Source of the DNA: Hyphomicrobiaceae bacterium
Lineage (GTDB): Bacteria > Pseudomonadota > Alphaproteobacteria > Rhizobiales > Hyphomicrobiaceae
Length of the DNA: 30,307 nucleotides
NCBI GenBank assembly: GCA_044867545.1
Contig: JBIOVC010000214.1
Location: 1 to 30,307, forward strand
Reading direction: 5' to 3'
Shown piece after piece: positions 1 to 9,232 of the stretch. The first letter of the stretch is position 1. Each line of letters begins with the position of its first letter. Below the pieces are notes generated by a model, which ran no database searches, was not told where the DNA came from, and was given only the letters and a program-made list of their open reading frames with translations. Made by a program: the position numbers and the translations under genes.

Positions 1-251
1 CCCTGCGGCACCAGCGCGATGCCCCGCCGCGCGCGCTCGTAGGGCGCGAGTGAAGCGATATCGGCGCCCTCCCAAACGATCCGGCCCGAGCTGATCGGCT
101 GGTGGCCGATGATCGCGCGCAACAGGCTCGTCTTGCCGACGCCGTTGCGGCCGAGCACGCAGGTGATCTGTCCGACATTCGCCTCGAGCGAGACGCCGCG
201 GAGCGCCTGCGCGCGCCCGTAGTGGAGATCGATGCCGTCGACGGTGAGCAT
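1..251 (-). CDS. urtE: Urea ABC transporter ATP-binding subunit UrtE, 5' part (runs off the left edge)
   Basis: Hand translation from ATG at 251: MLTVDGIDLHYGRAQALRGVSLEANVGQITCVLGRNGVGKTSLLRAIIG... Walker A GRNGVGKT; last gene of the urt operon. Confidence 0.9.
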   Translation of the reverse strand, partial: MLTVDGIDLHYGRAQALRGVSLEANVGQITCVLGRNGVGKTSLLRAIIGHQPISSGRIVWEGADIASLAPYERARRGIALVPQ

Positions 252-257
252 GTAGCC

Positions 258-464
258 TTAGCCCTGCTGTGCGCCCGGGGACTCGGCCTGCGCCAGCACC
301 TTGAGCACCGGCCTCACGCGCTGCGCCGTGCGCTTTCCGAGCACGCGCAACGCCTCGACTTCGCTTTCCGGCGCCTCAGGCTTTGCAGCATGTGCTGCAG
401 TCGCGCGCCGTACGGTCCGGCGCCTCACCACTTTCTCGACGAACGGCCGATGCGGGGGCAGCAT
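258..464 (-). CDS. Small (68 aa) basic hypothetical protein between urtD and urtE
   Basis: ATG at 464 preceded by a very strong SD (AGGGAGGAGGAG); ORF MLPPHRPFVEKVVRRRTVRR...GAQQG fills the urtD-urtE gap, with its stop 6 nt before the urtE ATG. Confidence 0.55.
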   Translation of the reverse strand: MLPPHRPFVEKVVRRRTVRRATAAHAAKPEAPESEVEALRVLGKRTAQRVRPVLKVLAQAESPGAQQG

Positions 465-483
465 GTGTCTCCTCCTCCCTCCT

Positions 484-1248
484 CTAGCGCCCGAGGTAGA
501 CCTCGATGACACGCTCATTAGCAGAGACCGCGTCGATCGTCCCTTCCGCCAGCACCGATCCCTCGTGCAGGCAGGTGACCTTGACGCCGAGTGCGCGCAC
601 GAACGCCATGTCGTGCTCGACGACCACGACCGAGTGGGTCTGCGATATGTCCCGGAGCAGCTTCGCCGTCTCCTCGGTCTCGGCATCGGTCATGCCAGCG
701 ACCGGCTCGTCGACGAGCAGCAGCTTCGGGTCCTGCGCCAGCAGCATGCCGATCTCAAGCCACTGCTTCTGGCCGTGGCTGAGATCGCCGGCCAAGCGGC
801 CGGCATGCTCGGCGAGCTTCACCCGGTTCAGAACCTTGTCGATGCGCTCGCGCGACATGTGATTGCGCTCGCCGAACGCGGCAGACGTCGGGCCGCGCGG
901 CCCCTCGAGCGCCAGCAGGATGTTGTCGGCGACCGTGTGGCTCTCGAACACCGTCGGCTTCTGGAACTTGCGTCCGATGCCGAGATTGGCGATGTCGGCC
1001 TCATCGAGCGTGGTGAGATCGTGCTTGCCGTCGAAGTAGCACGTTCCTTCATCAGGCCGCGTCTTGCCGGTGATGACGTCCATCATCGTCGTCTTGCCGG
1101 CGCCGTTGGGACCGATAATCGCCCGCATCTCGCCCGGCGCGATCTCGAGCGACAACTCGTTGAGCGCCTTGAAGCCGTCGAAGCTGACGGTGACGGCGTT
1201 GAGGTAGAGCAGCGAGTTCGTGAGCCGATCCTGGTTCATGGATATCAC
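484..1248 (-). CDS. urtD: Urea ABC transporter ATP-binding subunit UrtD
   Basis: GPNGAGKT Walker A, RKFQKPTVFE, LSHGQKQWLEIGMLL, LLVDEPVAGM, VVEHDM. Start is GTG 1248 (overlaps urtC stop) or ATG 1239. Confidence 0.93.
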   Translation of the reverse strand: MISMNQDRLTNSLLYLNAVTVSFDGFKALNELSLEIAPGEMRAIIGPNGAGKTTMMDVITGKTRPDEGTCYFDGKHDLTTLDEADIANLGIGRKFQKPTVFESHTVADNILLALEGPRGPTSAAFGERNHMSRERIDKVLNRVKLAEHAGRLAGDLSHGQKQWLEIGMLLAQDPKLLLVDEPVAGMTDAETEETAKLLRDISQTHSVVVVEHDMAFVRALGVKVTCLHEGSVLAEGTIDAVSANERVIEVYLGR

Positions 1249-2393
1249 TCGGCCGCCTGCGGAACCGCCTCTGCCGCGACCTTGCTCTGTGCCGGTTTGG
1301 CCCTGCGCTCCATCAGCGCCGAGATCGTACCGACGATGCCCTTGGGCAGAGCGACAGTGACGAGCACGAACAGTGCGCCGAGCACGAACAGCCAGTAGGG
1401 AGCGAGCAGGCCGGTCGTGAACGTCGTCTTCAGGAAGTTGACGACGACCGCGCCGACGGCGGCGCCGACGAGCGTCCCGCGCCCGCCGACCGCCACCCAG
1501 ATCACCGCCTCGATCGACGCCGCCGGCGAGAACTCCGACGGATTGATGATCCCGACCTGCGGCACGTAGAGCGCGCCGGCAATGCCGGCAAGGCACGCCG
1601 ACAGCGTGAACACCGTGAGCTTGTAGTGCTCGACCCGGTAGCCGAGAAACCGCGTCCGGTTCTCCGCGTCGCGAATCGCGACCAGCACCTTGCCGTAGGT
1701 CGAGGCAACGAGCACGCGGGCGATGATGAGCGTCAGCGCCAGCGTTGTGACGGTGGCCACGTAGAGGCCGACGCGCGTCGTCTGCGCCTGCACGTTGAAC
1801 CCGAGGATATCCTTGAAGTCGGTGAGGCCGTTGTTGCCGCCGAAGCCCATGTCGTTGCGGAAGAAGGCAAGCAGCAACGCGTAGGTCATCGCCTGCGTGA
1901 TGATCGAGAGGTAGACGCCGGTCACCCGCGAGCGGAAGGCGAACCAGCCGAACACGAAGGCGAGCAGGCCGGGCACCAGCAGCACCATCGCAAACGCGAA
2001 CGGGAACCAGTCGAAGCCGTACCAGTACCAGGGCAGCTCCTTCCAGTTGAGGAACACCATGAAGTCCGGGAGGACCGGATGCGCGTAGACCCCGCGGTTG
2101 CCGATCTGGCGCATCAGGTACATGCCCATGGCATAGCCGCCGAGCGCGAAGAACGCGCCGTGGCCGAGCGAAAGGATGCCGCAGTAGCCCCACACCAGAT
2201 CGACGGCGACCGCGAGGATCGCATAGCAGAGGTACTTGCCGAGCAGCGCGACCACATGGTTCGACACGTGGAAGGCCGAGTCCTGGTCGACTGCGAGATT
2301 GAGCACCGGCACCAGCACGCCCGCTGCCGCAAGGATGCCGAGGAACACGAGGCTGCGCCGGTCGAGGCTCTCAAAGAGCGTCCGCGTGATCAT
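1245..2393 (-). CDS. urtC: Urea ABC transporter permease UrtC
   Basis: WGYCGILSLGHGAFFALGGYAMGMYLMRQIG, LPDFMVFLNWKELPWYW, NDMGFGGNNGLTDFK; ATG 2393 overlaps the urtB stop. Confidence 0.93.
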   Translation of the reverse strand: MITRTLFESLDRRSLVFLGILAAAGVLVPVLNLAVDQDSAFHVSNHVVALLGKYLCYAILAVAVDLVWGYCGILSLGHGAFFALGGYAMGMYLMRQIGNRGVYAHPVLPDFMVFLNWKELPWYWYGFDWFPFAFAMVLLVPGLLAFVFGWFAFRSRVTGVYLSIITQAMTYALLLAFFRNDMGFGGNNGLTDFKDILGFNVQAQTTRVGLYVATVTTLALTLIIARVLVASTYGKVLVAIRDAENRTRFLGYRVEHYKLTVFTLSACLAGIAGALYVPQVGIINPSEFSPAASIEAVIWVAVGGRGTLVGAAVGAVVVNFLKTTFTTGLLAPYWLFVLGALFVLVTVALPKGIVGTISALMERRAKPAQSKVAAEAVPQAAE

Positions 2394-4042
2394 GCCTCGA
2401 CTGCCCTTCCCTTCAGCGCGAACAGGCCGCGCGGGCGCTTCTGGATGAACAGGATCAGCAGCACGAGGATCAGGATCTTGGCGAGCACGGCGCCGGCGAT
2501 CGGCTCGAGGAACTTGTTGGCGATACCGAGCGCGAACGCCGACACGAACGTCCCCCACAGGTTGCCGACGCCGCCGAACACCACGACCATGAAGCTGTCG
2601 ATGATGTAGCCCTGGCCGAGGTTGGGCGAGACGTTGTCGATCTGCGACAGCGCCACACCCGCGATGCCGGCGATGCCCGATCCGAGGCCGAACGTCATCG
2701 CATCGACGAATCCGGTGCGGATGCCCATCGCACTCGCCATCCGCCGGTTCTGCGTCACCGCCCGCATCTGCAGCCCGAGCGGCGTCGCCTTCAGCACGAC
2801 GATCAGGCTCGCGAACACCACCAGCGTGAACACCACGATGCAGAGCCGGCCGTAGGTGATCGACAGCCCGAAGAAATCGAAGGCGCCCGACATGTAGCTC
2901 GGCGATCCGACCTGCCGGTTGCTCGACCCGAAGGTGGTGCGCACCGCCTGCTGCAGGATGAGGCTGACGCCCCAGGTCGCGAGCAGCGTCTCGAGCGGGC
3001 GGCTGTAGAGCAGGCGGATGATACCGCGCTCGATCGCGATACCGACCAGCGCCGCGACCAGGAACGCGAGCGGCAGGGCGAGCGGCAGCGACCAGTCGAA
3101 CAGCTCGGGCGCGTAGGCCCGGAACAGCTCCTGCACGACGAAAGTGGTATAGGCGCCGAGCATCACCATCTCGCCGTGCGCCATGTTGATGACGCCCATC
3201 ACGCCGAAGGTGATGGCCAGGCCGATGGCGGCGAGCAGCAGCACCGATCCGAGCGAGATGCCGTACCAGACGTTCTGCGCCATCTCGAGCATCTGCAGGC
3301 GGGCTTCGACGCTGCCGATCGCGGATTGAGCCGCAGCCTTGATTTCCGCGGGAAGGTCGCCGGCTGCCGCCGCACGCAACTGGCCGAGTGCGACCGCATC
3401 GCCGCGCTCGCCGAGCGTGGCAATGGCGTCGAGGCGATCCTGCGCGGACGCGTCGGTCTTGGCGAGCACGGCCGCCGCACGGGCTTCCGTCATCGCCCGC
3501 TTGACTGCCGGGTCCGCTTCCTTCGCGAGCGCCTTCTCGAGCACGGTGAGCGAGGCCGCATCCTGCGAGCGGAAGATCGAGTCCGCCGCTTGAATGCGCT
3601 TGGCCGGATCGGGCGCAAACAGCGCCAGCGAGCTCAGCACGCCTTCGATGGCGTTGCGCAGCCGGTTGTTGACGCGCGCGGGCGAAAGATCATCGGGAGT
3701 CTTGGTGGCCGGCTGGCCGGTCCTCGCATCGAACAGCTTGCCCGACTGATCGGCGTAGAACACCGTCTTCTCGCCGGCGCTCGTCATCAGGCGACGGTTG
3801 GCGAGAGCTTCGAGGATGGCCTGGGCGTGCGGTTCGCCGGAAGCGGCCAGCTCCTCGATTGCCTTCTCTGTTTCCGGGAAGCTGTCGGCGGCAAACCGCG
3901 CCAGCGCATCATCGACCGGAGCGGCGCTAGCGCCTGCCGGCGCGAGCAGCGCAATCGCAAGCGCGAGAATGCCGGCCGCGGCACGTCGCCGGACGGCGGC
4001 TGCCGTCCACTCTGGGAGCCACCGGCGCTTCCATCCATTCAA
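2390..4042 (-). CDS. urtB: Urea ABC transporter permease UrtB with N-terminal periplasmic domain
   Basis: SLGSVLLLAAIGLAITFGVMGVINMAHGEMVMLGAY, RPLETLLATWGVSLILQQ; signal-like segment then helical domain. Start uncertain (TTG 4042 after GGAGGGG; ORF open to 4102). Confidence 0.9.
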   Translation of the reverse strand: MNGWKRRWLPEWTAAAVRRRAAAGILALAIALLAPAGASAAPVDDALARFAADSFPETEKAIEELAASGEPHAQAILEALANRRLMTSAGEKTVFYADQSGKLFDARTGQPATKTPDDLSPARVNNRLRNAIEGVLSSLALFAPDPAKRIQAADSIFRSQDAASLTVLEKALAKEADPAVKRAMTEARAAAVLAKTDASAQDRLDAIATLGERGDAVALGQLRAAAAGDLPAEIKAAAQSAIGSVEARLQMLEMAQNVWYGISLGSVLLLAAIGLAITFGVMGVINMAHGEMVMLGAYTTFVVQELFRAYAPELFDWSLPLALPLAFLVAALVGIAIERGIIRLLYSRPLETLLATWGVSLILQQAVRTTFGSSNRQVGSPSYMSGAFDFFGLSITYGRLCIVVFTLVVFASLIVVLKATPLGLQMRAVTQNRRMASAMGIRTGFVDAMTFGLGSGIAGIAGVALSQIDNVSPNLGQGYIIDSFMVVVFGGVGNLWGTFVSAFALGIANKFLEPIAGAVLAKILILVLLILFIQKRPRGLFALKGRAVEA

Positions 4043-4162
4043 GCCAAGATTGAGCGCCCCTCCACGCGGACGAGTGCATCGCTCCTGCATGCCGCCCACC
4101 ACAAGCCCCGCTGACGTGACGGACCCGGGGGTCGATCCCCAGGCCCTTGCCGAAAGTTGGTG

Positions 4163-4190
4163 CGGAGCGGCGTGGAGGACCGCCGCTCCG
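4163..4190 (-). terminator. Perfect 10-bp hairpin between urtA and urtB (mRNA stabiliser or partial terminator)
   Basis: CGGAGCGGCG-tggaggac-CGCCGCTCCG, in the typical position after a substrate-binding-protein gene. Confidence 0.5.
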
Positions 4191-4221
4191 CTCTGGTCTC
4201 AAGTGCGGTTGAATCGCCCGG

Positions 4222-5511
4222 TCAAGCGCCGCACTTGCCAGTTTTCGTGTTGAAGTTCCCGCATTTCTTGCCGACCCAGTCGGCAATCAGGTCCTTCGAG
4301 CCTTCCAGGTACGGCGACCATGCCGCGCCGGGTACCAGGCCCTTGGTCTGCCAGACCACATCGAACTGGCCGTCGGCGCGGATCTCACCGATGAACACCG
4401 GCTTGGTGATGTGGTGGTTGGAGAGCATCTTGGACGTGCCGCCGGTCAGGTTCGGCACCTCGATGCCGGGCAGCGCATCGATCACCGCGTCGGGGCTGGT
4501 GGTCTTCGCCTTCTCGACCGCCTTGACCCACATATTGAAGCCGATCACGTGGGCTTCCATCGGGTCGTTGGTGACGCGCTTCGGGTCCTTGGTGAAGGAC
4601 TTCCACTTGGCGATGAACTCGTCGTTCGACTTGTTCTTGATCGACTGGAAGTAGTTCCAGGCGGCAAGGTGTCCGACGAGGTTCTTGGTGTCGACGCCGG
4701 CGAGTTCCTCCTCGCCGACCGAGAACGCGACGACGGGAATGTCGGTCGCCTTCACGCCCTGGTTGGCAAGCTCCTTGTAGAACGGCACGTTGGCGTCGCC
4801 GTTGATCGTCGAGACCACGGCGGTCTTCTTGCCCGTCGCGCCGAACTTCTTGATGTCGGCGACGATCGTCTGCCAGTCGGAGTGCCCGAACGGCGTGTAG
4901 TTGATCATGATGTCTTCCGCCTTCACGCCCTTGGCCAGGAGATAGGCCTCGAGGATCTTGTTGGTCGTGCGCGGATAGACGTAGTCGGTTCCTGCGAGCA
5001 CCCAGCGCTTGATGGCGCCGCCTTCCTTGCTCATCAGGTAGTCGACGGCGGGGATCGCCTGCTGGTTGGGAGCAGCACCCGTGTAGAAGACGTTGCGCTC
5101 GCTCTCCTCACCCTCGTACTGCACCGGGTAGAAGAGGACCGAGTTCAGCTCCTTGAAAACCGGGAGCACTGACTTGCGCGACACCGACGTCCAGCAGCCG
5201 AATACGGCCGCAACCTTCTGCTGGCTGATCAGCTCCCGCGCCTTCTCGGCAAACAGCGGCCAGTTCGATGCCGGATCGACGACCACGGCCTCGAGCTTCT
5301 TGCCGAGCAGACCGCCCTTCTTGTTCTGCTCCTCGATCAGCATCAGCATGACGTCTTTGAGCGTCGTCTCGCTGATCGCCATGGTGCCCGAAAGCGAGTG
5401 CAGGATGCCGACCTTGATCGTCTCCTGCGCTACCGCCCCACTGCTCAGCGCCAGACCGGCGCCGAGGGCGAGCGCAGCCACGCTTCGCCTTACCCCACCC
5501 TTCAACAGCAT
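4222..5511 (-). CDS. urtA: Urea ABC transporter substrate-binding protein UrtA
   Basis: Signal peptide then IKVGILHSLSGTMAISE, VVVDPASNWPLFAEKARELI, FGCWTSVSRKSVLPVF, FYPVQYEGEE; SD GGAG before ATG 5511. Confidence 0.95.
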   Translation of the reverse strand: MLLKGGVRRSVAALALGAGLALSSGAVAQETIKVGILHSLSGTMAISETTLKDVMLMLIEEQNKKGGLLGKKLEAVVVDPASNWPLFAEKARELISQQKVAAVFGCWTSVSRKSVLPVFKELNSVLFYPVQYEGEESERNVFYTGAAPNQQAIPAVDYLMSKEGGAIKRWVLAGTDYVYPRTTNKILEAYLLAKGVKAEDIMINYTPFGHSDWQTIVADIKKFGATGKKTAVVSTINGDANVPFYKELANQGVKATDIPVVAFSVGEEELAGVDTKNLVGHLAAWNYFQSIKNKSNDEFIAKWKSFTKDPKRVTNDPMEAHVIGFNMWVKAVEKAKTTSPDAVIDALPGIEVPNLTGGTSKMLSNHHITKPVFIGEIRADGQFDVVWQTKGLVPGAAWSPYLEGSKDLIADWVGKKCGNFNTKTGKCGA

Positions 5512-5550
5512 TTTTGGTCTCCAAAAGGTTTGTTTACGAAGGCTAAGAAG

Positions 5551-5567
5551 GGCAAGCTCTGTGCCAG
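5551..5567 (-). promoter_or_regulatory. sigma54 (-24/-12) promoter of urtA
   Basis: Minus strand CTGGCACAGAGCTTGCC matches TGGCAC-N5-TTGC with exact spacing, ~40 nt upstream of the urtA ATG. Confidence 0.8.
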
Positions 5568-5676
5568 CGCCGGAAAGAGTCGCGCTGCAACGCAATAAGC
5601 AATTGTAATTAAGAGAAAAAAAGAGATTGTAGAGTTTGGGCATCCGTCTCCGGCGAGTTCCTGGAAGGAGAACAAC

Positions 5677-5744
5677 TGCCGAGATTTCGTGCAGGGATTT
5701 GGACAAGGAGCGGGCAATTTTTGTCGCCGCCCAATCTTTTGGCA
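5677..5744. promoter_or_regulatory. Two NtrC-like enhancer sites
   Basis: TGCCGAGATTTCGTGCA (5677-5693, TGC-N11-GCA) and CGCCCAATCTTTTGGCA (5728-5744, GC-N11-GC), 110-180 bp upstream of the sigma54 promoter with an AT-rich tract between. Confidence 0.6.
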
Positions 5745-5813
5745 GCGTTGGGACATGCCAACGATCTCGCGAGGGGGCGCGAGCCGGCCCGACTTGGCGG
5801 CGAGAACGATTGG

Positions 5814-6599
5814 CTACAGCCCGGCGAACCAGTTGTAGCCGTAGTTCTCCCAGTAGCCGGCCGGATACTCGTTGGTGACCCGTATCTCGGTGACGAACTT
5901 CGGCTGCTTGAAGCCGAGCTTGGTCGGGATCTTCACCCGCATCGGAGCGCCGTACGGCGGCTCGATCGGCTTGTCCGCATACGTGAGGCACAGGATGGTC
6001 TGCGGATGCAGCGCGGACGCCATGTCGATGCTGGTCGAGTAGCTGATCGGGTCGTCGCAATGGAAGGAAACGTAGCGCGCGTTCAGGTCGGCGCCCACGC
6101 GCTCGAGGAACGTGCGCAGCGTCGGGCCGCCCCACTTGCCGATCATGCTCCAGCCCTCGACACACACATGCCGCGTGACGTCGGCGCGCTGCGGCAGCGC
6201 CTGGAGCTGCTCCAGCGTCCAGGTGCGCTTGTCGGCGACGAGGCCCGAGGGCTGCAGGCGCCAGGTGACGGGGTTGAGCACCGGCACCCGGTCGTAGCCG
6301 AACTGCGCATTGAAGCGGAATTGCGCCGGCACCAGGCTCGCGGAGTAGGTCGGCGCCAGGCGGTGCGGATTGAAGAGAGCGCCTTGCACGCCGTCGTTGA
6401 AACGCGAGATGGCGCGCAGGAAGCGGTCGACGGGTCCGGTGTTGGTGACGACGTCGCAGCCCGACAGCAGCGTCAGCGCACCGAGACTGAGGCCGCTGCG
6501 CAGGAATAGCCGACGCTCCAGGTTTGCGATGTCGCCCTTTCCGAGCCCGGCATCGCGCAGCCGTCGCTCGATGCTCGTGCTGTCGAAGCGCCTGGTCAT
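5814..6599 (-). CDS. Tat-exported molybdopterin-dependent oxidoreductase (sulfite oxidase/MsrP superfamily)
   Basis: ERRLFLR twin-arginine motif, lipobox-like LSGC, Mo-ligand motif HVCVEGWS, YGAPMRVKIPTKLGFKQPK, GYWENYGYNW; ATG 6599 overlaps the upstream stop. Confidence 0.85.
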   Translation of the reverse strand: MTRRFDSTSIERRLRDAGLGKGDIANLERRLFLRSGLSLGALTLLSGCDVVTNTGPVDRFLRAISRFNDGVQGALFNPHRLAPTYSASLVPAQFRFNAQFGYDRVPVLNPVTWRLQPSGLVADKRTWTLEQLQALPQRADVTRHVCVEGWSMIGKWGGPTLRTFLERVGADLNARYVSFHCDDPISYSTSIDMASALHPQTILCLTYADKPIEPPYGAPMRVKIPTKLGFKQPKFVTEIRVTNEYPAGYWENYGYNWFAGL

Positions 6600-7273
6600 G
6601 ACGCGTCTCCCGTCGAATGATTGGTTTCGGCCTGGCGCGGTGCCCTGCCGGTGATCATCGGCGGCAGCACCTTGGGCACCAGCAGGGTCAGCGCCACGTG
6701 CACAATGATGAACCCGACGACCCCGGCCATACCGAAGAAGTGCACGTAGCGGGCGCCTTCGTACTGGCCCATGATCAGCCCGAGCGTGTGGAATTGCACC
6801 GGCTTCCACAGCACCACGCCCGACAGCAGCATCACCAGCATCGCGACCAGCGCGAACGCGTAGAGCAGCTTCTGCACGGCGTTGCGGACGCCGAGCTCGT
6901 GCGAGAGGCGGCCCTTGAGGAAGTCGGTAACGTTGCCGGCAACCTCGCCCACTGTGACGGGCAGGTAGCGCATGCGGAAGTGACCGGACACAAAGCCCCA
7001 TACCAGGAACACCGGCAGGCTGATGAACAGCAGCCACATGGCGGCGAAATGCCAAAGCAAGGCGCCGGCAAGACCGAAGTCGTTGTGCAGCTTGTTGGCA
7101 TCCTCGTAGCTGCCGCCGAGCGTCATCCATACGGGGAAGGAGAAGCCGAACAGCGGGTCCGACTCGTAGATGCGCAGCCCGCTGCCGATCAGCAGCAGCA
7201 CACCCAGCGCCCAGGTCCAGTGCGTGACGCGCACCACGAATGGATGCAGCACCTTGTGAGGATCGTTCTGCAC
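6596..7273 (-). CDS. Cytochrome b/b6-domain membrane protein (redox partner)
   Basis: HPFVVRVTHW, LLWHFAAMW, YNAVQK-like RNAVQKLLY, ARYVHF, IIVHV: four heme-ligand His positions on TM helices. GTG start at 7273 inferred. Confidence 0.85.
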   Translation of the reverse strand: MQNDPHKVLHPFVVRVTHWTWALGVLLLIGSGLRIYESDPLFGFSFPVWMTLGGSYEDANKLHNDFGLAGALLWHFAAMWLLFISLPVFLVWGFVSGHFRMRYLPVTVGEVAGNVTDFLKGRLSHELGVRNAVQKLLYAFALVAMLVMLLSGVVLWKPVQFHTLGLIMGQYEGARYVHFFGMAGVVGFIIVHVALTLLVPKVLPPMITGRAPRQAETNHSTGDAS

Positions 7274-7287
7274 CGCAATGCACGCCT

Positions 7288-8040
7288 CTAGCGAATTGCG
7301 CGCTCGACGATCGCACCGCGGCGTGGAGCGCGGCGGAGCGCCAAAGTCAGCCGTAGAAATGTCGTGGCGATTTTCCACGCCGCTGCGAGTCCGGCGAGGA
7401 AGTTGCCGGAGACCTTGGAGATGCCGCCGCGCCGGCAGCGGTGATCGACAGGAACCTCGCGGACGCGCAGGCCGGCAGCCGCGACGCGCATCTGCATCTC
7501 CAGGTTCCACCCGTAAGTGGTCTCGCGCATGCCGAGCCGGCGCAGCCGGTCGATCCTGATGGCGCGGAACGGCGACATATCGGTGAAGCGCACGCTGTAC
7601 ACGAGGCGCATCAGAACGCCGGCAAGATGACCGGCCACCACCTGCTGCGGTGTCATGCTGCCCGCCTCGCGCCGTCCGATGAGGCGCGAGCCCATCACGA
7701 AGTCCGCTTCCCCGCGCGCCACGGGCCCGACGACCTCGGCGAGGAAACTCGGCACGTCGCTGCCGTCACCGTCGAGAAAGCAGACGATCTCGGTGTCGGA
7801 ACGCACCGCGGCGACGCCGGCGGCGCAGGCGCGGCCGTAACCGCGCACGGGCTCGGATACGACCCGCGCTCCGGCCTCGCTGGCACGTGCCGCGGTCGCA
7901 TCCCCCGAGCCGTTGTCGACGACGACGACCTCGTCGACACCCTGCTCCAGCACCTCGTGCACAACGGATGCAATCGCTGCTTCCTCGTCGAGGCACGGGA
8001 TCACGACGGACACGATCGCGTTGACGCCCGGGAGCTGCAT
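7288..8040 (-). CDS. Glycosyltransferase family 2 (DPM1-like)
   Basis: VVIPCLDEE, VVVVDNGSGD, RGYGRAC, FLDGDGSD (DxD), FVMGSR, FTDMSPFRAI, YGWNLEMQMR. Confidence 0.9.
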   Translation of the reverse strand: MQLPGVNAIVSVVIPCLDEEAAIASVVHEVLEQGVDEVVVVDNGSGDATAARASEAGARVVSEPVRGYGRACAAGVAAVRSDTEIVCFLDGDGSDVPSFLAEVVGPVARGEADFVMGSRLIGRREAGSMTPQQVVAGHLAGVLMRLVYSVRFTDMSPFRAIRIDRLRRLGMRETTYGWNLEMQMRVAAAGLRVREVPVDHRCRRGGISKVSGNFLAGLAAAWKIATTFLRLTLALRRAPRRGAIVERAIR

Positions 8041-8043
8041 GGG

Positions 8044-9123
8044 TCAAAGGCTCCAGCGCAAGCCGCAGTTGGCGCAGGCCTGCGGCGGCTGGTCCGACAG
8101 CAGCGCCTCGCGAAAGGCCCTGTAACGCGGCCCGTTCCAGATCTCGCGCAGGTCATCCTGAGTGGCATCGCCCAGCGTGTAATTCTCGTAGCCGTGCTGG
8201 GAGAACGGCGCGATGCAGCACGGAAGCGCGCGGCCGTTGGCGGTGAAATACATGACCGTCCAGGGCCGGCGACACATGGACCATGGGTTGTCATCGCGTT
8301 TGCGAGAGAGACTCAAGCCGGGCTCTGACGCTGCACCCGAGGCGCTGAATGTGAGGCCAAGCGACTTCGCCAGCGCCGCCGCCGCGTCGAGATGGCGGGC
8401 TTCCTCGGCGGTCGTGCGTTCAAACAGCGCCTGATCCGGGCGCGCCAGCCCGATCGCGTCGCGGTCGAAGAACACCAGACGCTGCAGGTAGACCTCCTTG
8501 ACGCCGATCTCGGCGGCAAGGCGCACGAAGCCAGGCAGCTCCTCGACCGTCTCCTTGAGACCGGTCAGCCAGGCCGACACGCGCGGGCGGGCGTGCCCCT
8601 CGCGCTCCTGCAGGTCGCGGAACGCCCTGACGTTCTTCAGGATGCGGCGGAAGTAGTCCTTGCCGCGCACCTTGATGAAGGATTCCGGCGTCGACGCATC
8701 GAGCGATACGCGCAGCTCGTCGAGGTCGGCGGCAATGAGCGCGCGTCCGTTCTTCTCGTTGAGCACCGTGCCGTTGGTGTTGAACAGCACGTAGACGCCG
8801 CGGTCCTTGAGGTAGCGCACCATCTTGGGCAGCGCCTTCACCAGCATCGGCTCGCCGACGCCGTGCAGAACGGCGCGCGCGACGCCCGGCACCTGATCGA
8901 CGATACGCGTGAACAGCGCCCACGGCATGTCGGCCGGCGGCTCGAGCTCTGCGTAGGTGCGCGGGCAGGTGGTGCACAGCAGATTGCAGCGGTTGGTCAC
9001 CTCCAGGTAAAGGCAGACTGGCGGCTTCTCGGCCATGCCGTCCTTGGCGGCCGCGCCGGCTTCGAAATAGCGCTCTACGTCCACGGGCTCGCGGGCTCGG
9101 GTGTCGCCCCTCAGCTCATCCAT
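8044..9123 (-). CDS. Radical SAM protein with C-terminal SPASM/twitch domain
   Basis: CNLLCTTC (CxxxCxxC), LHGVGEPML, FNTNG, VSLDA; C-terminal CRRPW...GRALPCC...LREIWNG...CANC. Confidence 0.92.
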   Translation of the reverse strand: MDELRGDTRAREPVDVERYFEAGAAAKDGMAEKPPVCLYLEVTNRCNLLCTTCPRTYAELEPPADMPWALFTRIVDQVPGVARAVLHGVGEPMLVKALPKMVRYLKDRGVYVLFNTNGTVLNEKNGRALIAADLDELRVSLDASTPESFIKVRGKDYFRRILKNVRAFRDLQEREGHARPRVSAWLTGLKETVEELPGFVRLAAEIGVKEVYLQRLVFFDRDAIGLARPDQALFERTTAEEARHLDAAAALAKSLGLTFSASGAASEPGLSLSRKRDDNPWSMCRRPWTVMYFTANGRALPCCIAPFSQHGYENYTLGDATQDDLREIWNGPRYRAFREALLSDQPPQACANCGLRWSL

Positions 9124-9232
9124 TGCGAGGCTCCTGCAATTGGCGTGAGGAGTAAGTGGAGATTAGCCGCATTGGCTCGGGCCTGCACGCGGTCGTGCCA
9201 GAGGTGGCGGCTGGCATGGTAGCGGCCATGCG

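Noticed and set aside
471-483. CCTCCTCCCTCCT resembling a cuckoo-type sRNA loop
   Set aside because: Single copy with no repeated hairpins; explained as the complement of the SD of the 258-464 ORF.
301-4114. Long plus-strand ORFs (301-1398, 1626-2609, 3176-4114)
   Set aside because: Antisense shadows of the urt genes; stop-poor reverse frames are expected at high GC.
9184-9200. TGGCAC...TGC sigma54-like motif upstream of the rSAM gene (minus strand)
   Set aside because: GG-to-GC spacing is 11 rather than the required 10.
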